Below, piece by piece: positions 63,801 through 64,000 of a stretch of 64,000 nt of DNA; the stretch's first letter is position 1, and each line of letters begins with the position of its first letter. A program made the translations under genes and the position numbers. Origin of the DNA: Ramazzottius varieornatus (lineage: Eukaryota > Animalia > Tardigrada); NCBI GenBank assembly GCA_001949185.1, contig BDGG01000003.1:3455158-3519157 (forward strand), read 5' to 3'. Under the pieces are notes generated by a model, which saw only the letters and a list, made by a program, of their open reading frames with translations, made no database searches and was not told the origin of the DNA.

Positions 63801-64000
63801 TTAATTCCGTCGGTTAACCATCTGGCTGAGAATGTTCTGGCGTTGGCTCTTAATTTTCGATAAGCCGGCTGCCATCTTCGAACAGAAAGCGTCCATCTTT
63901 TCCAGCTTCCCATAATCGGGGGCCAGTGATTCCAGTGGAGATACTGGAGCCTCTGTTTTTGAATCGCCGTCAGTCTTCATCGGTTGGTTCGCACCGGGCG
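63801..64000 (-). CDS. 3' end of an unidentified gene entering from the window end
   Basis: Open frame ...APDYGKLEKMDAFCSKMAAGLSKIKSQRQNILSQMVNRRN* ending TAA at 63801-63803. Confidence 0.45.
   Translation of the reverse strand, partial: PGANQPMKTDGDSKTEAPVSPLESLAPDYGKLEKMDAFCSKMAAGLSKIKSQRQNILSQMVNRRN

Overview
This is gene-dense eukaryotic (animal) genomic DNA with mostly short GT-AG introns, modal size about 55-90 nt, and no prokaryotic features. Genes in order: a partial unknown gene (-), SURF4 (-), MLX (+), dynein light chain roadblock (-), ELP4 (+), a vasopressin/GnRH-supergroup neuropeptide GPCR (+), a 22-kb Fat/FAT4 cadherin (-), anillin (-), HAT1 (+), PHF14 (+), drebrin-like/Abp1 (-), COPS3 (+), promethin/LDAF1 (-), DNAJA2 (+), prolidase PEPD (-), cytochrome c1 (+) and the 3' end of another gene (-). 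Six of these pairs are head-to-head. The main unexplained structure is a family of ~122-bp palindromic elements: 17 units at 16 loci, 15 of the loci inside introns. They have GRG...CYC ends, 4-bp ANNT target-site duplications (Sola-like MITE signature) and a conserved inverted core AAGTGGCGCAC-N25-GTGCGCCACTT. The 25-nt spacing is kept in 13 of 17 units, and some copies show matched changes in both arms. Between anillin and HAT1 lies a nested transposon: a young Sailor/DD82E-type IS630-Tc1-mariner element (233-bp TIRs, spliced transposase with the second catalytic Asp changed to Asn) inside a deleted pogo-like element. All exon boundaries and counts were read by eye and are approximate where stated.
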